From positions 126,598 through 190,597 of the forward strand of contig MCFH01000081.1 of assembly GCA_002104945.1 (NCBI GenBank): DNA of 64,000 nt. The letters run 5' to 3'. This document shows, in pieces, positions 1 to 14,034 of the stretch (its first letter is position 1; each line of letters begins with the position of its first letter). A model generated the notes under the pieces. It searched no databases, was not told the origin of the DNA, and saw only the letters and a list, made by a program, of their open reading frames with translations. A program made the position numbers and the translations under genes. Origin of the DNA: Piromyces finnis finn. Lineage: Eukaryota; Fungi; Neocallimastigomycota.

Positions 1-87
1 ATAGTAATAACAAAAAGAACCATAATGAATGAACAAACTCTAATCAAGTTTCTTAAAAAAAGTAAAAATGATAAAGCAAAGAATTGA
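1..87 (+). CDS. Possible 3' terminal exon of a gene entering from the left edge
   Basis: AG at 3-4 followed by a short open frame (ITKRTIMNEQTLIKFLKKSKNDKAKN*) that is less AT-rich than the flank; no homology recognised. Confidence 0.25.
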   Translation: MVITKRTIMNEQTLIKFLKKSKNDKAKN

Positions 88-1143
88 ATTCTTTTAATTT
101 TAATTGTGTAAATGTTTTTAATAATTATATTTTATTTATATATAGAAAATACATATCACAATAGAATAACTATTTGAACAATTATTAAAAAAAAAAAAAA
201 AAAAAAACATTTTATTATAATTATTTTTTTAATATGTATTTTTGATGTAATTTTAAAATTTTCATTTATTTATCAATATCATCATCATACCACTTTTTTT
301 TTTTTTTCATTTACATATCATAAAATATTAATATATATTCTTTATTATTTAAATACAATAGTAATACAATTATACATTTAATTTTTAAAACTTTGAAATA
401 ATAAAAATTATTTATAATAAAATATAGAAGAATTAAAAATAGAATATTTGATTTATTTGTGATTGTCTTTAGTAAACTTTAAAAATTTATACGATAGATA
501 GGAAAAAAAAAAAAAAAAAAAAAAATTACATATTATGTATTTTTAAATATAATAGTAAAAAAATAAAATAAAATATATATGTACCTCTTTAAAATTTATA
601 TATTTTTTTTTTCTTTTCTTCTTCTTTTTACTCTTAAAATAAAATAATAATAAAAATAGAATAAAATATAATAAAAAAAAAAAAGTCATTACATCTCAAA
701 TGATTTTAATTTTTTAGATAGTGCTAAATTTATTATTCTATTTTTTTTTTTTTTCGTTTTTTTTTTTTTTGGTTTTTTTTTTTGAATAGTTATTTTGTTC
801 AATATAATCATAATATATATAACAAAATTTCAGTTTAAACTGCTTATTATTATTTTTTTATAATGATTATGAATATACGATGATTAAAATATATAAATAT
901 ATATATTTTTTATTAATTATCATTATATATATAATGATATATAAAAAACTATATATATATGTATTTTTGCCTTCTTTTTTTCATTTTATTATTATTATTA
1001 TTATTTTATTTTTTATATTTCTAATCCTTGAGTTATTTGATTATCTATTAATAGTATTGATGATTATTATCTTTATTTTTTTTTGGATTATTCTTTATAA
1101 AATAATAAAAACATTTTTTTTTTTTTTTTTATAATTATCCAAC

Positions 1144-2713
1144 TTAAAAGTATTCGTACGACTTTTTCCTCAATTCTAAAGTTCTACAATAGATTAATGA
1201 AAATATGAATGCTATTGGTGATGATATAGATAATAACCAACAAAATATACAAAGTCTAGATAAAGATTTTTCAACTCTTGTTGTTATTTCTGTACTACAA
1301 CCACCTGGTATGTTATTTACAACATCTTTTCTCCTTTTTAAATTATTCTCTTTTGGATAATTTGAACCTCTATCAATATTATTTTCATTATCTATATCAA
1401 TATCAATCCCTATATCTTTCATCGCACTTTTATTATTTTCATCATTAATAGATGGCTTTTTACTTTTAATATCCACCTGCTTTATTTTACTCAAATCTTC
1501 CTTTGTAAAATAATCTTCAGGAAAAGATTTACTAAATGTTTTATTAAATTTTTTCTTCTGATCTACAACTGGAATTGGTCCTATGGTTTCAATTTTAACT
1601 TTTTTATGTACAAGTGCTTCAGGACAAATATCGTTTGGTACAGCATTGTCGGTATAGTCTAAAAAACCACAACAATTAAACTATTATAAATTAAATAACA
1701 TATAATTTATATACAAAAATCATAATTTTATTATTAAAATTCAATTTTATAGTTATTTTATTATTAATTTTTTCAATGCCATTTTTTTTTTTTCTTACCT
1801 CGTTCTCAAATTTGTTTATTATATCTTCTGTATATACATCCCACCAAACAAATGACATATCTCTTTCAGCATTAACAGATATATTGTGAATTTGTTTTAT
1901 GGAATAATATTGAAAACTTGATGATATAATGTTTGTTACTAAATATAATACAAGCATAGGCTTAAATTTAAATCGAACACCAATTAATCCAAGTGAAGCT
2001 GAAAGTCCCAAGAAAAAGGATGTAAATATTAATGCTCTATTTGTATAATTATTTACATCATGCATATTCATCATAGTGAAGCCATCTATGAAAAATATAT
2101 ACAACGTTATTAATAGATATAAAAATGCTGTACCTAATATACTTAACAAACTTATTAAACAATTTTTTCTTGTTTCTTTTTCATAGGTATTATATCTCTT
2201 AGTTGATCTCAATATTGCTTTTATAAATATTTTACTAAAACTACTCCATAAATTTACAAAAGGTATTTCATCTTGATTCATTAAATAATAGTCATTATCT
2301 GATAAATTATCATTTAATTCATCGTCAATAGTTTCTTCATCACTTTCTTGGTAAGTAGTTGGTACTCTAGAGTAATTATTATATGTTTCATCATCATCAT
2401 CATTTATTAATAATTCATTTAAATCATCGTAATCACTTGTAGTATTGGCACGTCTTGTTCTTCTTTTCTTTTTTTTTGTTCTTATTTTAGGTAGTTTGAA
2501 AGGTGATTTTAATATTCCTTCATATTTAAAATTAAAATCATCTCTATCATCTTGTTTATCAAGTAAATTGTAATTCAATTCAGAATTTGAATTTCCAGTG
2601 GGTTCAATACTTATATAATCATCATCTTGCATAAAGTAATCATCATCATCAATTACATCTAATTCTATACCAGTTGTATTGGAATTTTTTGGTTTTGAAT
2701 TTATTTTATCCAT
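1144..2713 (-). CDS. Tetraspanin-family protein, 2 exons (2713-1799, 1680-1144), about 483 aa
   Basis: GT-AG intron 1798-1681 joins KFENE to FNCCGFLDY (tetraspanin CCG motif); four hydrophobic helices (three before, one after the large loop); further loop cysteines in DICP and GGCST. Confidence 0.85.
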
Positions 2714-2960
2714 TAATTTGTATATTTATTTAATTTAATAGTATGAAAAGAGTAAATAATACAATAGTAAAGAGGAGATAAAAAACTTTGTTCTGGATAT
2801 ATTATTTATAGTCATACAAGTAGAAATAATACTTATATATCTATTTTAAAATGGTTATAAATAAATAAAAATATTCTGAAGTTTTATTAAATTATTATAA
2901 TTACAATTTCTATATAATAAAAAAGGATTATTTTATTAATATTTATTTTTGAATTTTACT

Positions 2961-2991
<31 letters not shown>

Positions 2992-4295
2992 TATAATCTC
3001 TGATATTTATTACTTAAATTATATTCTATTTTCTTTAATATTAATTAATACTACTTTCCAATTCTATAAATTAAATTTTTATTTAATTATATTAGCTATT
3101 GTTTATTATAATTTTATTTTTGTAATAAAAAAATAAAAAAAAAAAAAATATTAAATTAGTTATTATTTCTTATTATAATTAGTTTATGTATTTTATAATA
3201 TTGCTTGTTTTCTTTTATTTTAATCTTATTATCAATTTTTTCTTTCTTTTTTTTTTTTTTTTTTCACTTTTTTTTTTTTTTTTTTATTATTCTTTTTTTT
3301 TTTATGTATATATATTTTTATTATTATTTATTTCTATAAACAAATTATTACATCTTAAAAGCTATTATATTATTTTTTATTGTTATTTTTTTTTTATTTG
3401 ATTATCTATTAATCCTTTAATTATTACTTCTACCTATTTATTGTAATAATTAAAATTAAATCAATTTGTTACTCTATTTATTTACTAAATGGAAAAAGAA
3501 AAAATTGAAATACTTCTTTTATATCAATCCGATGGTAATATAATATAAATCTATATTGAATTAATTTATTTTAATATATATCGATATATAAAATTATTTT
3601 CCTAATATTAATATTTTTAATATTTAATAAAAATAAATTAAACTTTTTTTTTGCTTGCTTAGTTAAGGTACTAATAAAACCATAATTGCTTTTGTAGATA
3701 CATTAAATATTACATAATGTAATAATGTAATAATGTTATAATTTAGTTAAAAATTAATTACAATAATTTATATAATAATTGAAAATTTATTTGTAGAATA
3801 ATGGCTTTAAATATACTTGTAAGTAATTGTAAATGTCAAAGAAATATAAAATCATATTTAAATTCATCTATACCTCTCAAGCCACTATAATATTTATTAT
3901 TATTTTATTATTTTATGTATTTTTAACATTCATTGGGTAAATCACAATACAAATTATATGATATATTCGTGATTTCTAAAATTTTTTAATCTATAATAAT
4001 TTATGATAATAACTCAAGAAAAAATTATTAATTAAATCGATATATATATAATAATTAAATGAATTATATTTTTTTCTTTTTATTTGTTTATAAACTATTT
4101 TTATAACAATTTGTTAGGTAAAATAAAGATATAAAAGTATACTTTTAATACTAATTAATAATTAGATATAATTATTTGTATCAATAAATTAATCTAAAAT
4201 GTAATACGTTTTCTAATATTAAAAATTTATAAATAAAAAATGGTTTAAATTCAAAATGTTAATTAAATAATTCAAAAAAGTAAATATAAAGATAA

Positions 4296-5343
4296 ATGGA
4301 TTCAAAGGAACAAACAGAAGAAAAGGCTTTTGCCTGCTTAAGGGATGCTGAAAAGAAAAAAAATTACAAGGGTTGGTTTGGAAGGTATAATTTAATAAAT
4401 ATATATTTTTTTGTTTTAATAATTATTTTAATTGTGAATAATTTATTATTAATAATAATATAATAATATTGTTCAAATGAACATTTATCATTTTGGTTTC
4501 CATTTCCTCAATATACATATATATATATATAATTATTTATGAAATGAATTACAAAATAGAAATAAATTAGATGAAGCTGCTGAACAATTTCAAAATGCAG
4601 GAAATTATTTCAAATGTATTAAAAAATGGAAAGAAGCTGGTGATGCTTACTATCAAGCTGCCGGTTGTTTAATTGTAATTCAAGAAAACGATGAAGCCAC
4701 TACTTCATTTATTAATGCTTCAAAGTGTTACAAAAAATCAAGTCCAATAGAAGCTGTTAATTCATTAAAACAAGCAATACAATTTTTAATAGAAAAAGGT
4801 AAATTAAATCAAGCTGCTAATCATCAAAAAACAATTGCTGAAATATATGAAACTGATTTAATGGATACAGAAAAGGCCTTAGAAGCCTATGAAAATGCAG
4901 CTGATTGGTACTCAACTGAAAACTCACCAGTTCTTTCCAGTCAATGTTCACTTAAAGTTGCTCACCTTTGTGGTGAATTAGAACAATATGAGAAAGCATA
5001 CGGATTATTTGAAAAGGTTGCTTCTAATAGTGTTGATAACGATTTAGCAAAATGGTCAGTAAAAGAATATTTACTTAAAGCTGGACTTTGTCATTTAGCT
5101 AATAAGGCTAATGAAGGAGGTTTCTTGACCTTTTTAGATACATTTGATGAAATTGATGGTACTTTCAGAGATACTCGTGAATATAAATTTTTAGAAAATT
5201 TAGTTACTTTTTCTGAAGAAAAAAGAGTTGATGACTTTGTTAAATGTATTAGTGAATATGATTCGTTAACTAGACTTGATCCATGGAAAACTAAAATTTT
5301 ATTAAAAATAAAGAAGGATATGGAAGAAGTTTCAATTCTCTAA
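4296..5343 (+). CDS. SEC17: Alpha-SNAP / Sec17 vesicle fusion protein, 2 exons (4296-4384, 4560-5343), 290 aa
   Basis: Spliced protein MDSKEQTEEKAFACLRDAEKKK...GWFGRNKLDEAAEQFQNAGNYFK...KWSVKEYLLKAGLCHLA...YDSLTRLDPWKTKILLKIKK is a typical alpha-SNAP. Confidence 0.95.
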
Positions 5344-5599
5344 GCAAATATACTTTTATTCATAATATCTTCTAATAATATTATAAGATTTTAATAAATA
5401 ACTAAAATTATCAGTTTAAAATACTTTTTCTTAAAATAATGATGCATAAGAATATATATAAATTAAAGTAAATGTTTAATATGATATTCATAAGCATTAT
5501 TATTATATAAATCACAATAATATGATAATTGAAATATTGATAGATACTTTATACATAATAACAAATAATAACAATAACAGCAACAATAAATTATTAAAC

Positions 5600-5632
<33 letters not shown>

Positions 5633-5740
5633 ATCTTATAATAAAGAAATAATAACAAAACGTTTTATCGAAATAATTGATATAAAATCTTTTTTATATA
5701 AATAAATTAAATATAGATACTGTTATAAAAAAGATCAAAC

Positions 5741-5817
<77 letters not shown>
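5741..5817. repeat. (AAT)n microsatellite
   Basis: Uninterrupted TAA/AAT run, roughly 25 units. Confidence 0.95.
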
Positions 5818-5821
<4 letters not shown>

Positions 5822-6193
5822 TCAAGACATTTAAATAAAAACTTTTTATTTTTTAGTTACTTTTTATTAACAGTTGTGATGTATATGAAGTTTAATAGTA
5901 TTAATTAATTATTAATTAAGATTCTCTTATTCCTTGTTATTAGAAAAGTAAATCTAAAAATTAGTAGACTTAAACTATTATTAGTATATATATATATATT
6001 TTAGATACTGTAATAATCACAATTTTGTTTTAGATTTGATGTATACTCGAACAATTTTTTTTATAAAGAAATATTATTATATTTTTTTTATTTATTTATA
6101 TTCTTTATGTAGAAAAAATTAATAAAAATTTAATATTTAAAATTTATTAAATTTTAAAAATATTCTTTCCATTATAAAAAAATAATATTAAAT

Positions 6194-8009
6194 ATGAGAA
6201 AAAGACAAAGAATATCTCTAGAATTTAATGTACGAAAACCAAAATTGCAAATAAATCATTCAATATCGAAAAATGTTAATAGAATAAAAGGTTCCTATAT
6301 AATAGTAAAATATTATATATATTCCATTAATTTTTTTTTTAATATATTAAATTCTTTTTAAATTATAAAATAAAGATGATATAAATGTCGTTAATAACCC
6401 ATATTTAGCACATACTTTGGAAACTTCTTCTTCTTCTCAATCTAATTCAATATCACCCCCACCACCACCATCTCCACCACCTCTACCACCACCACCACCA
6501 ATTATAACTGATACTAGTAGTTCGTTAAATTATTTATTAAATTATGAAGATAGTTCTTCAGAATCAGAAACAGAAAATAACATTGTAGAAAATGAATCTG
6601 AAAAGGAAAATAATAAAGATAAAGAAAATGAAATTAAAATTCCAGTGAATGAAAGTAATAATATTAAAATCTTCATTTTTACAATATGTAAAAATAAAAA
6701 ATTAACATATTTTCTTCTATAATTGAATTTATAAAGACAAAAAGAATTTAGATTTAATGAATTCATTTGAAACATTTTTATCTGAAATTAACGAATTAGA
6801 AAGTAATAGTAATACCAATTCAGAAATTCCAACAAATACAGAGAACACTTCAATAAATAATAATAAAAACGAGCCAACTTTGACAATAGTAAAAAATGGC
6901 ACAATTTTTAAAAATGAAAATAATACCATTAAAAATAATACAGCTGAAAATTCCTATCATGAATCTTCAATAATGATTATTAATAAATTAGCATATTTAG
7001 CTTCAGATAAATCAATTATATATACTACAACTTCTCCACAAGATTATCAATATCATCAGATTGAATTTTCAACAAGATATAAGGATTGGTCTGTTGGTGC
7101 ACTTAATTTTGATTATTTTAAAAATTATCATAATGAAATAAATAATTTACTTATTCAAATTGAAGGTAATGAATAATATAATTATTAATTTAAATTTAAT
7201 AATTAAAATTAAAGATTTCATAAATCTTAAAAATGAATTATAATAAAAATAATAATAAATAATGATGAAATAAAAACAAAATTAAAAGGGGGAAAAAAAA
7301 ATAATATAGTGAATAAATAAAATAATTAATAACAATAATAATTAAATAAAAGTATAAAATATAAATTTTTAATATTATGTAGGAATATAAGATGGTAAAT
7401 ATATAAAAGATTAATGTATGCTACTATGCAAAAATGTTATAAAGAAATTTTTATATATGTATTTTTTATATATGTAATTAATTATTTCTTTCTTTTTTCT
7501 TTTAAATATATATAAAGATTATTTTTCACCGCCTGGTTGGATAATTAAATGGGATTCTAATAATTTACTGTATTATTATGAAAATAAAAAATCTGTATGT
7601 AATGAGAATAACATTTTTAAATATTATTTAGAAGTTATTAAATATCTATATATTTTTTTAAAAAAAAGAAAATAATATCTCATGAATATCCCAAAGTAAC
7701 TGAAATAGAACAACCAAATCAAATATATAAAAGTGATGATAATGATGAAGGTATAATTAATTCATAGTGTAATCGATTAATTTTATATTTATTATAAACA
7801 AAATAAAATTAAACCAACAATATTATTAAATTTCTACATAAAGAAAATATGGAACTTGAATCTGATAATGAAACTACATATACAAAAATATCGAAATCCG
7901 AGTCTTTAAAAAATAAAAATAAAGAAGAAAAACCACGCAAACATAAAACCAAAAAAGCTACAACTATTAAAGATAAAAATATGGTAAATTTTAATATTAT
8001 ATAATTTTC

Positions 8010-8060
<51 letters not shown>

Positions 8061-8368
8061 CCATTTTTAAAATTTTCAAGTTAAAATTGATGCAGAAATG
8101 GAAAGAAGTTGAAGATTCACTTAATAGCGATGATTCAAATGATGAAGATGAAAAAATAAGTAAATGGGCTGAAGAGCAAAGAAATAAGTAATGTTAAATA
8201 AATAAGTAGTCTTATATATGCATATATTCTTATTGTTTGACATTAATTATTAAATAATTTTTTTATTAATAAAGGGTTGACTCTAATGAAAATCCGAATT
8301 TCGAACCTATCAGTAGTAATTGGAGAGAAAAAATATTAAAACGTAATGAATTAGAAAATAATTCATAA
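6194..8368 (+). CDS. FNBP4-like (formin-binding protein 4) WW-domain protein, multi-exon
   Basis: Splicing 7165^7518 gives EFSTRYKDWSVGALNFDYFK...IEDYFSPPGWIIKWDSNNLLYYYENKKS, matching the remembered FNBP4 ETRIADWREGALN...PKGWSCHWD segment; the C-terminus MQKWKEVEDSL...NPNFEPISSNWREKILKR matches the FNBP4 tail; a poly-Pro tract is present. Confidence 0.75.
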
Positions 8369-8691
8369 GGCTATTATTTATTATTTCAAGATGATTTTAT
8401 TTATTTGTATAATAATAGTTAATATAAATAAATTATATAACATTTTTAAATAATTATTTTTAAAAATTTTTATAAAAGGCTGAAATTACAAATTGAAATA
8501 TTCTATTAATATAATTAAAAAATAAAATTAAATTGTTGATAGAGATTCTATTGTATATATTTGAATTGAATTAATAGCATACAATGGTTCCTAAATGATA
8601 ATAAGTAATGAAAAAAAAAAAAATTTTGAATTCCCTATTTTTCGATTTTCGATAATTTAAATAATGTAATAAATGTAATGATTATTTTATT

Positions 8692-9499
8692 TTATTTTGT
8701 TTCTTCTTCTTCTTCTTCGGCGTCTTCTTCATCGTCGAAATCATCAAAATCATCGAAATCATCAAAATCATCAAAATCATCGAATTTTGGATTCTTTGGT
8801 TCTGGTATATTATCTTTATCTAATTCACCTCTTTCAATCTTTCTTAAAACTGTTCTACGTTCTCTTTCCTTTAATCTATTAAGTTTATTTTCAAATTCTT
8901 GTTCTTCTTTTCTTATTTCTTGAGTGGATTTTGTATTGCTTTATAATTTATATACACAGTAGTACAGTATTATATATTCGAATTTTATTATACAAAATAA
9001 ATTTTAATTTTTGATTTTAATAATAAAAAAAAAAAATATATATTTTAAAAAAAAAAAAAAGCATACTTAATCTTTTCTTCAGAAGGTTGAAGACATTTAG
9101 CACAAACATTCTTTTCTTCAGAACATTTTTTACAAATAACATGGTATGCCTCTCTAACAGCTTTTTGTGAACACCATACACTAATTATAATTTATATTTA
9201 TATAAAAAATAATATTCAATTAATATTTTTATTTTTGGAATATTATATTATTTAGTTATTTAGTTCATTGCTATAAATAATATTTATATGCACCATTTCT
9301 TTGGAGCTGATATTGGCTTATATTTTCTGAAACGTTTTCTCCATTCTATCATTTCATGACATTTTGGACATAAGTGTGTGTTTGGTAAAGCAAGAATTTT
9401 TCTTGTAGTTCTTGAACCAGGGTTATGTTTATATGCTACAACATTTTGGTGTTTTTGGCCTCCTTTTTTTTTTCCTGATGTTGAAACTTTTTGAGGCAT
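8692..9499 (-). CDS. C9orf85/DUF2039-family zinc-binding protein, 3 exons, acidic tail
   Basis: QKHQNVVAYKHN...LCPKCHEMIEWRKRFRKYKP, second exon CGSQKAVREAYHVICKKCSEEKNVCAKC; the family pattern is recognisable. Confidence 0.85.
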
Positions 9500-10017
9500 T
9501 TCGTTTTTAAAATTATATTAATAATAAAAATCTAATGGATTTAAAGTTTAATAATAATTTTTTTACATACTATTCTAAAATTCTAAACTATAAAAATTTT
9601 CATTAGTAATAAATCACTACCAATCATTATAAAAAATAATATAATATACATTATAGTTTTATATATATAAATATTTATTATTTTTTAATATAAATATATA
9701 TTATCATTTTAAATATTAAATTAATAATTTTTGGTATTTTCAATATGAATTCTGTAATAATTAATTTTAAATATATAAATTTATAATAATCATAGCAATA
9801 ATAAAAAAACAGATAAAAGCAACAAAAAATACTCTTTTTGTTTTTATTCCCGAAATAAAATAAAAATATATAATAGCATAATAGTATATTATATATAAAT
9901 AAATAATATTATTATTAATAAAAAAGGTTATTTTATACAACAAGAATAAACATCTTATACCGTACTTTTATTTTTTAAGAAAAAATACCTTTTATATAAT
10001 TTTAAATAATAATAAAT

Positions 10018-10449
10018 ATGAGCAGTAACAAAGATGAAATTAAAAAGCAAAATAAAAAGGCAATTAAAAATGTCTTAAAAACTGTTGCAGGAATTGGTTT
10101 AGCTACTGTTGCTACCGTTGGTATTTTATCAAGTATTCAAAAAGATAAAATTATTGAAGACCAACAACAAACCATTGAAGAAAGAGATGAAGAAATTAAT
10201 TATTTACAAAAAAGAAGAGAAGCTGAGGAAGAAGATGCCTTCAAAGGCAAGGGAAAAGAACTAGTAAATGAAAATGGTGAAAATGTTTGTTCCGTTTGTC
10301 TTTTGGGAAAAGTTACAAAAGTATTGGTGCCATGTGGTCATTATGCTGTATGCTCTGCATGTATTACAAAATTAAAGGCATATAATGATTCAAGATGTCC
10401 AATTTGTAGAAGAAAATTTGAAAAAGCTATTATGGTCTATGTTAATTAA
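10018..10449 (+). CDS. Small intronless RING-HC (C3HC4) E3 ligase-like protein with N-terminal hydrophobic segment
   Basis: CSVC...LVPCGHYAVCSAC...CPICR RING; VAGIGLATVATVGILSSI hydrophobic stretch followed by a coiled coil. Confidence 0.85.
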   Translation: MSSNKDEIKKQNKKAIKNVLKTVAGIGLATVATVGILSSIQKDKIIEDQQQTIEERDEEINYLQKRREAEEEDAFKGKGKELVNENGENVCSVCLLGKVTKVLVPCGHYAVCSACITKLKAYNDSRCPICRRKFEKAIMVYVN

Positions 10450-10951
10450 TATATTTTAATGTAATATTTAATAATGTCAATTCCAGATTAACCTTCCGAA
10501 ATATAAAAATATAAATAATAATTTAATAAATTATTATTTAAGGCAAAATAAATAATAATGTAAATGCAAATATATATTGTACTGAAATAATACGTATTTA
10601 TACTTTAATAATTTTTTAAATCATTTTTTCTTATATTTTATCGCTTTTCCAATATTGTACATAAAAATTGTTTAATAATAATAAAAAATAAAATAAAATA
10701 AATAAAAAAAGTAAAATAATATGATTTAGAAATCAACAAATTAAAAATATTATGAAATTTACAATTGAAATATATTTTTTAAATATTAATCATATTGCGA
10801 ATATGCTATTTTTTGTTTTATTATATTGTTAATTGCATAAATAGTTCACTTAATGTAATTTCTATATAGGATAATATAAAGACTGAAAAATAGTGGATAT
10901 GAAAAAATAATTAATTTTTATAAATAATTTTGGTAAAGTCATTATGAAAAA

Positions 10952-13109
10952 TTAATAATTAATATGGCATTTGTTTTTATAATCATTAATTGTTGTTTTT
11001 AAAACATCTTTGTATAATTGTTTAAATTGACTTAATAAACAAATGCTATGATATTTTGTTTTTGCCCTAGTTTGTAAATCCACAATTTCAATGGGAGAAC
11101 AACCTGGTATAACTACTTCTTGTTCATTTAATAATACTCTAATAACAAAAGTAGTGGATTTATTATTTGAATCAAAAAGTTTTTCTTTATCTTTAATTTT
11201 TTCTAGGATTTTTGTTACACCTTGGTTACCGAATGGATTATCAACATAGATCATATCTTTTTTAGGATTATAATCGATTATATATTTAGTCTCTATTTCA
11301 TATAATTCAAACCAGAAGTTTGAAGCAAATGGCGAAATTTCAGCAGACCTAAATTTATAATTGCTATTTGGTGGCGAATCTTTTAATGTCAAATGTTTTT
11401 TATCCTTATATAACCCCTTAAAAAATTAAATTTAAATTAAAAATAAAAAATTAAAATTAATCAAATCTGTCAATTTATAATAAATGAATCTATTAATTAT
11501 CAATAAATACTATATTATTATATTTTATTTTATATATTATATGGGAATAAAAATAACTTACTAGTAATGTTACAAGAGGAAAAATAGTTTCTGCATGTGC
11601 AAATCTTAGTACAATATTTGTATTAAATTTATTTTCTTTTATTAATGGAATCTTTTGCTTTAATAATTCCCTATCTATATCATTAACGATTTCCTTTAGT
11701 AATGGTGTTGCTAACCATTTATTTACGCCATTATAATATCCTTTAATATGATAATTTTTATAATCTTCATAAAAGCCATAATCTTCGAAAGAAGTTTTCT
11801 GATTGAATAAATAAAAAAAAAAAAGATAATATTAATTACTGCTAATTGTAGATCTAACATTTATTATTAACTTATTATTATTACTTACATCAATTAAATT
11901 ACAAAATTTATTTCTTGTATTATTTAAAGCAACCTCAAATATACATATACTCATAATACTCTCACTTACAATATTTGGAATATTTTTTAAATTTAAAAAA
12001 TTTTCCACATTATTAGTAACATCTTGAATATATTTATTTTCTAATATTTTTATATTATCTTTTATTTCATTTCTATCTTCTCCATTGACCTCTTCGTTAA
12101 ATAATGGGCATGCAATATGTGGTGATAAAATAATATCCTCACTACGGTTTTTATATATGTTGATATATTTTAATAAATCACCCTTTTGGAAAAAATTGTA
12201 ATCATTTTTATAATTTTTTAAATCAGATTCTAATTGTATTTTAATTTTACTTTCACTAAATTCCATATTTCTTTTATGAATAGTTAATAATTCTCCGTTA
12301 TCTTGTTCAGTTATTTTATTTTTATTGGGTATAAAATTCCTTCTATCTAATAACAATGTTTCCATCTCAGCTTGTTCAGTTGCTTCTATATTTTGATTTT
12401 CTTTTTTATCATTAACAGTTGCATTATTATTTTTAACCTCTACCTCTTTGATTTCATCTAAATGAGTTTTAAATGCAGAAATAAATGCAGCTGCACTATC
12501 AACCACTCTTGTAACATTAGTAGAGTAAATATGTATTTTTGATAAATCATCTATAGTATTTGTTATATTTCTATATCTATGAATAGCACGTATTGCTAAA
12601 TTTTGCATATCTTTAATACCTTGAATGTTAAGTAAGCCATATTCTGTAACATTATAGGGGTTTTCAAAAAACAATAAAAATGGAAAATGTTTTGGTAGAG
12701 AACCTATATTAGAAAATAAATATTCTTGTAGGTATTCAATTTTTTCATTATAATTTTTTGTTCCTGTTGGGTATCTTGTTCCATGTCGACATACCTTTAT
12801 ATAAATATGAATAAAATAATCTTAATTTACAACAAAAATTTATTTTATAACTAGCTTTATAATTTATCCTATACTTACTAATTGAACTTGTCGAAGTTGA
12901 AATTTCGAATCAATATTTAAATTTTCTCCTGAAATTTCAGATTTAATAGGATATCTACTTTTTGTACCGAAATATTTATCAATACTATCGTCATTGTATA
13001 AGATTTCAAAATTTTTTACTGAAACATTATTATATATTATGTGGATAGTGGTTAATGTTGATACTATTATAAATATTATTAATAATTGTCTTTTAGTCCT
13101 TCTTAACAT
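10952..13109 (-). CDS. Histidine acid phosphatase (clade 2), MINPP1/phytase-like, 4 exons
   Basis: Spliced catalytic motif VCRHGTRYPT (about 12795-12765), LRFAHAETIFPL (about 11615-11575) and FRSAEISPFASNFWFELY; N-terminal signal anchor. Confidence 0.88.
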
Positions 13110-13761
13110 TTAATAGCAATATATTAATAAAAACTGAATTAAGTATATTTATATTTTTTTTTCTTTTTCTTTGTTTTTATTATATTTTATTTTAAAATGT
13201 TATTAAAATTATTTTTATTATTTATTTATAGATATGTATTTTCTTTTTTATTGTTTTCTATTTATTTTTCATAATTTTTTTCTTTTAGTCTTTGTTTACA
13301 TTTATTTTTATTGTTTTTGAATTATAATTATATTTGACTATTAGTCTTTTTATTGTTATTATTATTGTAATTTAAATTTGATATACTTTTTAATATTTTG
13401 CATAATTAATTATATTAGATTTTAAAAGGTTTTTTATCTTATGGGAATTTCGTTTATATATATATATATATATATTTTTTTTTTTATTATTATTATAAAT
13501 TTTCATACTTTTATATTCATAATAATAAAATTTCAATATTTAATAAATAAATGAAATATTTTTTTTAAAGTATCATTAAATTAATTTTTGATTGTATTTA
13601 CATTTTATGTATTATATATTCAATTAAAATTTTAAAATTTTAATTTATACACAAAAATATTGGAAATAAACTTTAAATAATAATGTTTAAAATAAGAACT
13701 TTAATTAATAGTAAAATTTATGGAGATTAATTGGTATAGAGACAAAATAAAAATTTATATT

Positions 13762-13782
13762 TTATTATTATTATTATTATTA

Positions 13783-13834
<52 letters not shown>

Positions 13835-13836
13835 TA

Positions 13837-13923
<87 letters not shown>
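13762..13923. repeat. (ATT)n microsatellite, imperfect
   Basis: Long ATT run with two small interruptions; it explains the spurious poly-Ile ORF. Confidence 0.95.
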
Positions 13924-14034
13924 TTCTCAATAAAAACAATACAATTTATTTTAAAATATTTCTAATTTATATATAATAGACGACTTATAAATAATATTTC
14001 CTTTTACTTTCCCGGTTTATATTATATTTGCACT

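Noticed and set aside
880-1134. 84-aa hydrophobic ORF (also 3186-3401, 13720-13965, 25916-26155, 35393-35710)
   Set aside because: I/F/L/N-rich translations of poly-T and ATT microsatellite sequence; not credible proteins
7162-7176. Stop codon ending the 139-aa ORF as a separate gene
   Set aside because: It lies just after a G^GTAAT donor; splicing continues the FNBP4-like frame
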